A stretch of 64,000 bases of DNA. It comes from the human T2T-CHM13v2.0 reference genome, Homo sapiens. Position 1 is the first letter of the stretch, and each line of letters opens with the position of its first letter. The position numbers were made by a program, and so were the translations under genes. This document shows, in pieces, positions 25,363 to 38,795 of this stretch. Below the pieces are notes generated by a model. It saw only the letters and a program-made list of their open reading frames with translations, did not search any database and had not been told where the DNA came from. The stretch is from the NCBI RefSeq assembly GCF_009914755.1, contig NC_060931.1. One strand, written 5' to 3'.

Positions 25363-25490
25363 AGCCACCATGCCTGGCTAATTTTTGTGTATTTTTGTGG
25401 TGACGGGGTCTTAACATGTTGCCTAGGCTGGTCTTCAGCTGCTGGGCTCTCAAGTGATCCACCCGCCTTGACCTCCCAATCTTGTTGGGA
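25363..25490 (-). mobile_element. Truncated Alu (J-like left arm plus linker), no tail
   Basis: GCCACCATGCCTGGCTAATTTTTGT..GTTGCCTAGGCTGGTCT..CAAGTGATCCACCCGCCTTGACCTCCCAA. Confidence 0.85.
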
Positions 25491-28400
25491 TGGGAGTTAG
25501 AAAATGAAATAGCTAGAGGATCAAATTAAATAAAGTGTACTTGTAACACTGTTCAGCAGCAAGTGTTATATAAAAAGTAAAATGTTATTTAAGCTTACCT
25601 TATGATATAAAATTATTAAAATATCTTTCAGACTCTCTCCACGATTTTCCCTGTTTTGATATGGGTATATAAACTTGATATATCTATAAATTTACAATAT
25701 ATTTTATGTCTTTAAGTTTCATATCTCAATATAGTTACTTAAATATTATCCAGATGGTTTGAGAAGACCCATAGAGAGCAGCTTTTCATCATACCTTGTT
25801 GATACACTAGCTTTGACTATGTTTTTAAAACATGTCAAAATTTAGGAGTGACATTACATTTTTCTTAATTAGAGCCTCAGACATTTGAATGATGCCAAAA
25901 TCTTAGATAAATATTTGTATATGCAGTGATGCTCACATTTCCCAAACTTCTTAAACAGGTCAACTGTAAGAGAAGTGGTACCCAAGGAAGCTGCCTTCTA
26001 GAAGGATTGCTGTGTCTACACAGGCAACTTCCAACCGCTATAATGGATAAGTCGATCAAAATAATGGATCAAATTTATCAAAATAAATGTTCACATGTTT
26101 GACTGGTTTCTTTGAATAGGATTCACTCTCTATAAAAAAAAATAACAATTTTAAGTACTTTCAATGTCCAAATTTGTTAGTTTCTGTTATATAACTAAAA
26201 AATATTTTGTAAGAGTGTAATGTTAACTTACTGACTTGATAGTTTCAGATTGACTAGGCTATTCATTTTTAAATGTCTTTTCAATTTATTGAACATTATT
26301 ATATTATTAAAAATAATTCAGGATATGAAAACGTAGAACAATATCATTCCTTTATCCTTCTCCCCACCCTAGCCCATGCTCTATTTCAGATTTCCCTCCA
26401 GCACTTTTGTAAATATAGTGAAAAAATAGTAGAAAAATACACAGTCATAAAATAGTCCCTGTTATTAGATTCAAAAATCATGAAAGTGCCCATTGGGTTC
26501 CCATTAAGTTTTTAAACCTAGACACCAAATTTCTGTCCTTATTTTAACTTAAATAGATGGAAGAGAGAGAACTCTAGCTCCTTTGAGTTACTACTGCTAT
26601 ATAATAGATCAGTTATTCCCAAACCTCACTGATAATCAGAAACAACACTGGGAAAGCTTTATTAAAAAAAGAGGTGCTCTGATTGACTATATTTATTAAG
26701 ATAATGAAGGAGATGAAATTTTTTTTTCCATATAGACCAGGTCGTGGATTCCATCTTTAATGTGAGTCTTTCTCTACCTATGCAAATACCCACACTAAAA
26801 GTAGCTGCAACAGGACCTTGTGAAAGAAAGACCAGAGAGTTTACAAGTTCAAATTCCAAAATCCTAAGTCTGGAGAAGGATTTTCTATGCTCATGCCTGA
26901 GACTAGCATGTTCCAAGCACAAAAGGTCCTTCAGTTGGCTGCCACCAAGACAGACCATGGTCAACTCATTTTCCAGCTGCCTTTTTGGCTGCATGTCTGG
27001 AAGCACCAGATAATCTGAGAGCAGGAGGAGGATCTTGGTCTCAGTGGATTGCATAAGCATGGTGTGATAATTCTTCAGCTCAGGATCAAAGAGAAATGGG
27101 CCATATTATGTCACTAATCATCAACTTGTATGTATATGTGTATGTTTAATAATAAATTTGTAGACACCCAGGGCAATTCATTTGAAAGTAGTTTATAACC
27201 TATGTCATATTCAATCTTCTATTCAGCATCTTTCTTTATGATGAAGAATAAATCATTATAATGTTCTGAATGTTTACATTAAACACATAAACCATTTTAC
27301 AGTCATTTATTGATTTAATGTTTCTACGACCTATTTTATTAAATATTTTTAAATACTTTGATATCAGTAACATGGGTCAAGTATTTGCTTAACACAAGTG
27401 GGTAAATTAATGGTGCTGTAAATATAACCTGAAACTTTAGATCATCAGGACTTTGTCCTCCAGTTTAAAGGCAATAAAATTAATGACACTGTCACTGTCA
27501 ATTTTCAGATGATAATATCAATATATTGGATTAGATTCAAATGTATTGCAGTGTGTGCTTACCAAACATTGAGTAATTTGATTGCATATTCAAGTGGTCA
27601 ATAATTTTTAAGTAATTTAGAATAAGTTTTTTAAGAGGGTTTGGGAGAAACAATCACACTTGACACTATTCATCTGGCTCATTTTTATGTCACCTTATTA
27701 GGGTGAATCAGTTATAAAATAAATTGATTTATTTTATTCTTCTCCAAGTGTATAAGTTTTCAACTGTATTGATCCTACATAATTGCATGTAAAATAATAA
27801 AATTACCCTTATAAGTCTCCCAACTTCTCTCACATCTACAGCATAAGGAGTGTGACCTAATGCTAAAGTAGCTCGAATTGAAATGCCCTAACCATTCATC
27901 CATGTTCTATATAGTTCATGTCAACCTGATTCCCTTTTATTATGAGATTTGTCCTCTCAGTGCCTGATCCCTCAGGGAACCAATTGAATTCTTTTATTTC
28001 TAAATAATTGAGGAGACAATCTTACATTTTCCAATGGTCTATTGATAGCCACTGCTTCAACTTGGAAACCTGAGCACATGGCTTGGAAGAGATGGTGAAT
28101 ACCAAAATGATGTCTGTTTTAACAATTCCTTGCATTACAATGTAGCAAATAGCAACTATTTATTGCTCACTTGCTATCAGTCAGGCAATGTAATAAATAG
28201 TTCTGTGATAGCAGTCCAGCGAGGTAAGGATTATTCTTGTTAACTGGATCATTTGACCCAACTTACTCTTACGGAAAGTCAATTTTGGTAATTTTGCATC
28301 CAGAAAAAGATAATACACACTCCTACATATGCACACATACACACAGCCCTCATACAGTATTGACATGTATTATAGACATTCACTAAGGTTTTATTAAGGA

Positions 28401-31400
28401 GATAAGTGGTTTCCATTGCATGTTTCGTGGAATTTCTTTAAAAATCCAAGCAACATAACCTCAAAATATATATATATATATCTAACCGATGTTATCTTCC
28501 AGATTCTTTCTCTGATATGCCAACATCAGTCCCTATGGTTTTGCCCTTTTTTTTCACTTCCTCTCTGGCTACTTCTGTCTCCTTCTCACTCCAGTTTTAT
28601 GACCTCCAGGGTTTCCTCATTTTTCCCCAGCAGAGCATGCCTGTTTTTGTCTTCTTTGGTTATCCTCTTACTGCGTGTCGATTTTCCAATTAGGACTAAC
28701 AACTTTCCCCTTAAGAGATACACACAAAAAAAAGAGAAGAAATTAAAATATTTTAGAATGATTTTCTCTGTCACATTTGCACTTTACAGATAAGAAAAAT
28801 GTAGTTAAAAATGAATTCCTGAGAAGTCAAGTAGCTTGTTCAGCTGGTTAAATACTTAAAATACTATTTTAATACAAATTTGAATGGGTGATTATATTCC
28901 AAAATTTTGTTTTTTTCTAATATGTAACATTGTCTTACTGTGGTACAAATTATGTCTAAACCTATGAGCTTTAAAAAACAGAGACTATTGTAATGTATGT
29001 ACAATGTGTGCTTTATTTGAAACCCCTACTGATTTTCAAAACTAGTCTATTCCTTTTATCTTTCCTTTTTAAGTAAGGAGTGCATTGTCCATATGGGCAC
29101 CTACTCTGCAAAAAGTTTGGAGATTTGTTTTCAGCCAATCTGTCTTCTGAATAGTAGCTGTTATTGGACACAACTGACTCTCATCCATTTCTGATAAGAA
29201 CCCAAATTTTCAGCAATTATTATCTTCTATGAATTTTTTGATTATGTGTATAACTGGGATAGACCATGGCCCTAACCAACTAGTCTGGAAAGTTGTGAGA
29301 GAATAGACATGGAAATTACTACATGACTCCTGAGAAAGCAAATACTGATGATTACTGTCTGCTTCCATGACCAACTTGAATTATGAGTTCTGACAAGAAA
29401 AAACATTAGAATTAATGGGAAAATGTTTATTCCTCTCTGAACAGGCTACCAAGAAAAAATGAAGATGTTTTTATTGAGACAGGAGTATACTGTAGAAAAC
29501 AAATTTCTTAAAAGAGTTGAGGTTATATGTTAAGGCAAATTATAATAGGTTAAGAGCAGCAGGAAGCAAGACAGAAAGGTAATTACAGCTGAGAGGATTA
29601 ATAGAAATTATTATAAATGGCTCATGCTCGGATTATATTATGTGAGACATAGAATCTTATCTTGTACATAGTTTTGAGCAAAGATGTCATTTAATTTACA
29701 TCTGTACTCTAAGATTTTATTTCCTAAAATGGAGTTATAAGAAGTACTATCATCACTAAAATATTTATTTTATCCCAAATTGAAAATTATCTAAGGAAAG
29801 AATTTTAAAAGTATAACCATTCATAAATTAATAATCACTATGCAATCACAGGATTCTGGAATTATTTTCATTAGCGATTATTATTAACCTAAAATTAGCA
29901 GTGGACTCTTGACCTTGGCCTTGCAATTGGTTGATTCTTAAAAATGTATGAATCATGGCCACAACTGCAACAATAGTTCAAACACAATCAAATTCTCATG
30001 GCATATTTTGCTCTTTGATCTTGGTAATAATTTCTGACCTTGATAATCATTACACGTTTTCCCACAAATTCATTCTCAATGACTTTTGCTCATTTCTTAA
30101 TTCTTCAGTGACTGAAAAAGCTAATTCATTAATGTGGGAGTTCAAAATCACCTGGTTTTCTTGGGAAATTAAGTGATAAAAGATAATAAGAGATACTGAG
30201 TCTAAGACTGCTGAGAATTCCCTTATTTTACCTTGGAAATAAGTGCAAGTCTGATTATTAAAAAATGAAGTTAACTTCTACTTAGAGAAAACCTCTGAGA
30301 ATATTCAGTACTAGTAGTTCCTTCTTGCTCCTGAAAATGACTTTAGAGATCTTTTCACATTTCTGTAAACTCCTTCACTCTCTTCTTCTCTTATATATTC
30401 AAACAAACATTACCATAGGTGTAAATATTTAGATTCTAATCCTAAAACATGTATTTCAAAGGAAAAATGTCTTGCAAAAGAAACTTGATGTATGCTGTCA
30501 CCATGTGCAGAAATTACTTCTGTTTCCCACCCATCAATCTCAGCCATTCTTTGTGCCTACCACTACAGTAGATAGGTTCTGAGAATGAGATAGTACAAGA
30601 TCAAACAAAGCAGATAGCTGTCTTCTCAGTCTAATATCATTGATGCTAAGCCAGGTCCCATAGAAAAGATTGGAGAGCCTCAAATTATATGGAGTTATTT
30701 GAGTGTTAAAGTATGCCTTATTCAGAAATAACAAAATGAGGATTAAATATCTGGAGAAAGGTTTTCATTATGTAAATTATATGAGTAAAATCTTCTTTTC
30801 TGATTCTGTTAAGCTCTATTCTTGAAGATGAAATAGATCCCAGGTCAGCAATGAAAGTTGTTCAGGGAAAAGAATTGGAACAATCTCTGTGATAAATTAG
30901 TCATATAAATAAAACTTTTTTCATATTTAATTTTTCTCATTGATCTGATTTAAATTCTAGGCATACTCTGTGTATCTCTTGTTGCAGATAGCAGGTCAGC
31001 CAGCAGAGAGTTGGTAGACTACAAAATGTGATGTAGGGGCTAACAAGCATAACTTTAGAAAAAAAGGTAGAATTTGTGGGTGTTGAAGCAATTTTTAAAA
31101 AATATTTGGAGGGAGTTATAGAGAAAATGCCATTCTGAAAATAAATGAAGAATATGGTATAACTTCTCATTCAGTGACTGTTGTTCAAAAAAAAAAGAAG
31201 AAGAGGAAATCCGATTTGAATTAAATCTTCAGGTCATTAATTTGTGAATTCATGGGTAGCTTCCTAACTCTGAGCTAATCACATACCAAAAAGTTTGCTT
31301 AAACAAGAAATAAAATGATGGTGTATAAGGAGAGATTGCTCAAGAAACTTAAATTAAAACCTGCAAAACTAAAATATAAAATAACATTCACAATACATGT

Positions 31401-31719
31401 AAATGCTTAATTATTTTCCTAATTATATTGAAAAGATAAATATCAAATGGTTATCACCTGGTTTCTGTCTACCCCTCCATGGGACACAAAATTCAGGAAA
31501 GTAATGATCTTCTTTACTTTTGAAAATCAAATGTATTAATGGGTCTCAATATATGTTGATTGAACACGGTTCTAACCCTGATACTGTAGTGTATATGGAG
31601 TGGCAACGTGGAGATAATTGGAATAGGAACATCAGCGTAATGCTGTTCTTTCCTTGAATTTCAGCAAAGGGATCTACTTTCTAATAAGAAAGAAATAATT
31701 TTATATTCAGTTTTTAAAG

Positions 31720-31900
31720 TGACTCACATTTATCATTTCATGGCCCTATCAATAACCTTGTGAATTAAGAGAAGGAAGTCTCACTTATTTGTATTTTTGA
31801 AATTAGAAATCCAAGACTCAAAACATTTAAGTGATTTTTCCAAAATCAAAAGACTACTAAATCTTAGATGCAACACTAGAAACCATCAAGTTCTTCTGCC
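31720..31900 (-). mobile_element. MIR
   Basis: CAATAACCTTGTGA..TTAGAAATCCAAGACTCAAAACATTTAAGTGATTTTTCCAAAATCA. Confidence 0.5.
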
Positions 31901-34900
31901 ATACCCTTCCATATACATTCATGTCCTTTATTTGTATTTTTTATAATTCTTCTATCTCCTGGGAAACATCTCCTCACACAAGATCTAAGGCCTTGGAAAT
32001 ATTTAAATTACGATTTGGAGAGTTGGGTTGGCAAATTCTTGGACAAGAAATCATTCATCAAGTACACAAATTATAATTATCTACATGGCTAAGAATGTAA
32101 AACACAATATAGATTTTAAGTTATATTTAGCATATGAGAGAAATTATTCACTCTACACATTTGTACCTGATATAATGTGTATTTCATGCTATCTGCAATG
32201 TAATATCAAATACAAATACTTGTCTTTAAAAATTGTGCTCTCATCATTTGGATTCTCGGTGAATATAATTTTAATTTTTCTCCTCTGTCTCACTATGCCC
32301 ATGAGATCTAGATTATGTTATCAAAATCAGAAATGTTAACAGCTGTCTTACAACTGATATTCTTAAGTAATTGTAAACTATAAACACTGGCACTAGATTC
32401 AAAACAATTAACTAAAAATAAAGTATAAAATATATGTAGAATTATAAGAAATCTACCTGATTGCTCTGTAATTGCTTATATTTAAATTTTCCTTCTGTTA
32501 AATAAAAACAAATCTTAAAAAGTCAAAGATAGAGAGATAAATTGTGAGTGAATCAAATTTAGCCAGCCTTGGAGGTACTTGACCAAAATCCCTTGGGCTT
32601 GCATCATGAACTTCAATAAGAGCTCAATGACTGAAATCATTCTCCATTCTACTCTAATGTTAACTGAAGAGGTTCTGCCTCTGATTTAACTCTCTGTAAA
32701 AGTCGGTTTTTGTAGGTCATATTGTCCCTGAGCCTCCATTTACTTTTTGACCCTCACTGCAGAAGAATCTTCACTTCTCCTATTGCTCTGGCAAAATGAC
32801 AAGCAGAAACTCATAGATATGTTTGTTGTGGTCCTAATAGAAGCAATTAGAACTCTCTGTTCCCTCCAATTTCTCTCTGTTGTTGCTATTAAAGTGTCCA
32901 GTACATCCAAGGGTGATATAGGTTTCACAGTCAGCCTGAGGATGTGAATAAATTATTTACCCATCTTAAAAAAAATGTTCTCTACTTAAAATAACTCTAG
33001 GCAACTAAGAATGATGCTGTTCTTCTATGTTTAATTTTAAGTGCCAGAAAGACTAACAGGTGCTTCCTACATGTTCTTTGTGTTGTCTGTGCTATAGAAT
33101 GTCATCACGTGATTGATGTGCATTAATATTGACTTGAGACTTGAGTAATATCTTAAGAACGTGAGGCAGTCAGCTTTCTTCACCTTTGTATGTCTTAGAG
33201 ATTTCTAGATACAGCCTTTCTCAGGATAGAAAGAAACGGCAGTATTTCAGAGACAGACTCTGACCTCAGAGTCTGTCACAAACATGTTGTATATCAGAGA
33301 CCAAGAGCCCTTAACTCCTGGGAACTCATTTGCACATTTCTATGATGAAGCAGTTGTTCTGGCTATATGATCTTTAAAGGTTTTTCTCATTTCTACAAAG
33401 AAAAAAATGTTTCTCTAGCCAGTAACTAAATGCTCCAGAGAATTGCCTGAAGGAAGTGGCTAGTAGGATTTCCAACAGAACATGGGTTTATGTGGGTAAT
33501 GAAGATCCACTTCAGGAGCCATAGGAAAAATCTAGAGATGTGTTCAAAACAGCCATGCTCTCTCACTTTTGTGGAAACCGACCTAAATCACAGTGTTAGA
33601 TGAAAGAGAAGAAATACAGGAAGATAGTCTTATTTCTGACTGGTGAACCAATCAAAACCACTGCAGAAACCATTTCCTTCTTTTCCTTCATCGGCTACTA
33701 GGGAAGCAAGTAGAGTTCTTCTTTAGTTTAAATGGCATTGTCAATTCTATGCAGAATGAGTTAGAAAAATCTAAAAGCCCTGCCTCCTCAAAAAATGGCC
33801 TTCCCTCCAGCCTGCCAGGGTAATCACCTGGCCAACCTGGAATCCCCAAAGGGATTGATTTCTTCTCAATCAAACAAGGAAGGTCTTGCCTCCCAAAAGC
33901 TCTCAGTGCAAAAAGAGGATTCCACGACAGTACCCAGCAGTACAATGTGCACATTTCATATTTGTCAAATGAATGAATTCAACAGAAATGAAAGAACAGG
34001 GGCTCTTGTAGCTTTCCCTCAGGAAGTATGTTATCAGATTCAATCACCTTACCACAGCCTGATGAAGGGAAGTGATACACACATAGCATTTTAGTGAGTT
34101 GCAGGGAGGAAAATGGAATTGTTATTGGTGGCGTATCCATGGCTGATGAAGACTGTAAAAAGGGATGGACCAGAGAGGCTGACAAGGCAGATGCTGAGCA
34201 TCATACAAAAGTGAGGGATACACTTTGGGACTGACCAAAGAGAGGTGCATAGCTCATTGACTCTGTGGCACCATTTTTGTTTCAATGCCTGTTTCTGTTT
34301 GGCTCTAGCATTTAGATGTAATCTTTTTATTGGACTTTGGATTCAAATAAAAGTACTCTGATGTAGGAATTGAATCTTAACAAGATTGGTATCTGAGTGA
34401 AACTGACCCCACATCCATTAAGATGTCAGAAGCCAGAGAAACAAGGGCTGACCCTTTTGAAGAGAAAGCAGAAGTTGCACATCGGATTTAGATGTGGAAA
34501 TTTTGAAAGGAAGACACATTCAAACTGTATTATAATTGAGTGATGTTGGAAATTAGCAAGCATGCCATTTTAAGGGGGACCTCTATCGTGTTATTGGATT
34601 TAATAAAACATTACTTTCTGCTCTACAGATCAGTCACAAGGATTTATAGAAATTAGCTATTTTCTATTGAGGACATAGATGAAAGATGTAGAAAAATTGA
34701 ATGTGAGGTGAAAGCAAGAGAAAACAGAAAGGTGAAGAGAGTCATTTTCTCTAAGCATAATAACACATTCCTGCCCAGACTTCAGTCTTTGCACACTCAG
34801 TGTTTGTGTGTTGATTAACACTGCTGTAGTTTCATCTGTTATTACTTAACTGACATGTTGCTGCAAATTATAGCTAGAGCACAGTAGTGGGTTACAGATA

Positions 34901-37094
34901 CAAATAACATTTAAAATAATTTCTTTCCTTTATACCTAGAGAAATTGTGAACTCAACAGCAGGTTTTCCCTTTACTCTAAAAGCATCCATCCTGCTAACT
35001 GAGTAAAATAGCTGTTTTTCAGTTCATGCTGAGTTTTAAATGTAATGTGTTATAAGGTGTTTATTCTCTCACCGATTAGATCCCATTAGCATTAATGGGA
35101 GTTGCCTGAACAAGTGCTCCATGAAGTAATGAAAATATCATCTTAGTATGCTTTTTTGTGTAATGCTTTATTTCAGAGAAAATTCTTTTCTTAACCTCAG
35201 CTATTGTAGGTGCCACATCATTTGTTGTACTGTCAGATTTTTTAATAGTATTAACAAAATGAAATAGAAATAGTCATAAGAGCATAAAGATAAAGGAGAG
35301 TTGGGAAGAATAGATCAAAGCATGGATAATTTAGCAATCTCCTCCAAGTGCAGAGCCAATCTCACATGTAGCTGGAGTTAGAAGCTGCCTCTATAGAGGG
35401 ATTTTAGGTTCGTTCAGCACTCATCATCTCACCACCCTGCCACCCCCACTCCACGCCATAACCAATAATTACAGGTTCTGCTTGCTCTAGTGCCTTTTTT
35501 TTGGTTTTAAAACTGGAGTTAATTTTCTCTTCTTTTTTAAGGTTTGAATATCCCTAGAAGGACAGTGTATTTTCAAGATAGCTTAGTGAGGCATGCAGTG
35601 AATAGAATTATTATTTCTATTTTACCAATGGGGGAAAAAAATGAGGTAGCACAACATTCAGCGGTAAGTCAGAAATTGACCAGAGATTGTTATCTCTTAG
35701 CCCAGTGATCAGAATAAAATGGTTGGAATTGCCCATCACCCCATTTCATATTTTGCTTTAAATAAGGAGACCCACAAGAAGTGGTCAAAGGAAAGATGCA
35801 GAATTAATCATGTTCAGTTGGCCAAATATCATTGCAGGCTGATATACCTGCAAATTTTTCTAAATAGTGCTTGATGTTATTTGATTCCATTTTATGTGAA
35901 GAAACAGGAAATGGTTTTACAAGCCAGCACTTTGTAGTCAACCACAGAAGGCTCAGGCTGTTTGTATTCACACATGCTCTTCTAGGTCTCCAGGGAGTCA
36001 TTTCAGGATAAAACATGCCTTCATAGCTCCCTGCCTCTAGAGCAAGAACAGTTTGCCTTTATGTTTGTGGATCCTATCAGTTTGAGAGAGAACAAATTCT
36101 GAGGGAAGAGGCAAAGTAATATGTCACTTTCATATGGACTTTCCCAAATAAGCACATGAATGGAGTTGGAAAAGCAAGCCGGAAATAGCACTTCTCAAAT
36201 GGAAATACCTCATTTTAAATGATCAAATTGGAGTGTTAGGATCAGCAGTGGACATTCTCCAAAGAGAAGATTGTGTTATGTTGAAAGTCCACAATGAAAG
36301 AGAAGTAAAGAATAAAGAGAATTTGCAACTATTTATTGTAGAGAACCAACCAATTGGCATTAAAGTTCAATATAGCCTCATGGCTTTCTTTTTCTATTCA
36401 TTTAGAATTTTAAATAAATGCGCAGAGCTCTTTCTTTTTATACCATTTTCAAGAGAGATTCTCTGGGGAATAAAGGGAATAGAATAGTTACTTGAAAATA
36501 TTTGAACAATTTAAGAAAAAAATGATTCCCACCATTTTAAGCATATAAAAATTCTCTACTTAAATAAAGTGCTATACAATTATAAGCCATTTCTTTCTAT
36601 TAAAAGTAGTTTCCTAAGAACCCCTCATAGTGAGCAGCTCAACATATGGATATATAATTCACAAGTTTTCTTTGTTTGTTCATATTTGTTCAGTCATTGG
36701 TAAATAGTTATTGTGACCTTCCTTGTGCCAGACAGTATCCTAGGTATTGGAGATATAATTTTGAATCATTCAAAGTGAGTGGAGAAAATTTGAGATTGCA
36801 TTTCCACCTGGTAGTGACATTGTACCTCTGAGTCAGGGTTTTTCATGAAATGGAAATCATCACATTTTCTCAGTGCAGAGAAAGATATACTATTGCATTT
36901 GTTTTATTCCAACTTAGCTTTCATACTTAAAAAAAATTGTCACAAAATACTGTTGTAAAAGTCAAATGATTCCTTAATAGGTAAACCATGAGAGGTTCGG
37001 ATTTATAGCATTCTTAACTTTCCTGCTATCAAACTGTGCCTATTTTTAAAAGTATAGCAATGTATGATAGCCACAGCCTGTAACCTGTGTATCT

Positions 37095-37215
37095 AGTCAT
37101 TCATCCATCTAATATTCATGGGATGTTCATTTTGTGCCAGCCACTTGCTGTGCTCAGGAACTCAAGAAATGAAGATGAATGAGACAAAAGCCTTTGCCTC
37201 TAGTAGCCTCTGGAG
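37095..37215 (-). mobile_element. L2 3' end fragment
   Basis: TCATTCATCCATC..TGTGCCAGCCAC..TGTGCTCAGG..AAGATGAATGAGACA. Confidence 0.55.
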
Positions 37216-37671
37216 TTATAGCACTTTCTGGAGGTCATCAGAAAAACCAGGAGACAGAATGCTAGTGCTTGTTGTTGCAATGCATTTCTCTTCTACCCTC
37301 AGGCATCAAGGCATCCCAGTTTGACAAAGAATACAGGAAACCTAATGGGAAATCAAATGAATATATCTGAGAAAATAGATTGCAATAAATGTCTTCCCCC
37401 AAGAGAAACAAAAGTATCTTATAAGAATATGCAAATCCTAGTATGAAGTTTTCCTTATAATCCCATATATGTGATTAATAGTGAGACCCAAATATATTAA
37501 AATTTCAATCATATTGTACCACAAGAATTTACAAAAGTTATTTTCTATTGGATTAAGAGAATAACCATTGTGTTTATTTACTGGATGTGAAAGAGTAACT
37601 AATAGTGAGAACAGATTTCTAAATTTCACACATTTTACAAATTAATACTATGTTTTCCTGCCACTTCTCCC

Positions 37672-38155
37672 TGTAGGGGAGGAAGTATATATTTTCTTTC
37701 TACCTTTCTAGTTTCTTGTCTGGGTTCTGTAACAAAATGCAGATTAACAAGAGAAAAGCATACAAATGTATTTGATATGAGTTTTATGTGACATGGGGGC
37801 CTTCTTAAGGAAAAGAAGACCTAAGAAAAACCTGAGTGTTTTTGTGCTAAGTTTGATGAAAAATGAAAACTCATGGAAAAATGTGATAGAACAAAGGAGT
37901 GTGAGCTAAGAGCAGTAACCTGAGAGAAACGTAGCAAGGCTTGTTCATCGGGATTCCTCCTGGTGTCCTTGCATCTTCAGAGATAAGGGTGCCCTTCCCC
38001 TCTGAGTGTAGGGAGGTTACCTCTCACACGAGGGTCACTCCAGGAGAAGGTCAGGGAGTCCTGCATACACCTGCAATTTCTTAAATTGATTCAGCTTGAA
38101 ATAGTCACTATGCCAGGACACCATATTTTTGGGTAGCATCTTCTAAAGCCCATCA
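37672..38155 (-). mobile_element. MER31-type ERV1 solo LTR
   Basis: TGTAGGGGAGG...CAGATTAACAAGAGAAAAGCATACAAA..GTTTTATGTGACATGGG..CTTCAGAGATAAGG..CCATATTTTTGGGTAGC..CCCATCA; TG...CA termini. Confidence 0.85.
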
Positions 38156-38204
38156 CTACTCCTTTGAATGTTTCACTCTTTTGTCTATAGTTTTTAAAAC
38201 ATTT

Positions 38205-38795
38205 GTAATTTTTTCCCAGCTTTATTGAGGTATAAGTGTCAAAGAAAATTGTGTGTATTCAACATGCACAATGCGATGTTTTGCTATACATATACAATGT
38301 AATTATCACAATCAAGCTAATTAACGTATCCATCACCTCACATAGTTACTTTTTTCATTGGTGAAGACACTTAAAATCTATTCTTTTAGCAGATTTCAAG
38401 TATATAATACATTATCATTAACATGTTCCTCCTACAACCAAAAGCCTGTATTCTTTGACCAAAATACCTTTATTTCCTCCTCCCGTTCAGATCTTGGCAA
38501 CCACTAATCTAACCTGTTTCTATGAGTTTGACTTCTGTAGATTCCACATCTAAGTGAGATCACACAGTATTTGTCTTTGTGTGTCTGGCTTATTTCATCT
38601 AGCATAATGTTTCCTAGGTTCATCTATGTTGTTTCAAATAGCAGGATTTTTTTCTTTTATTAAGGCTAAATGACATTCCATATCTGTAGCTGTATCTAAG
38701 ATAGATAAAGAGACAAATAATCACATTTTTCTTATCCATTCATCCACTGATGTATACTTAGTTGTTTCCAAAATCTTGGTTATTGTGAATAATGT
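38205..38795 (-). mobile_element. L1MA (about MA8-10) 3' region
   Basis: CCAGCTTTATTGAGGTATA..CAATCAAGCTAATTAAC..AGATTCCACATCTAAGTGAGATCA..CCATTCATCCACTGATG. Confidence 0.85.
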
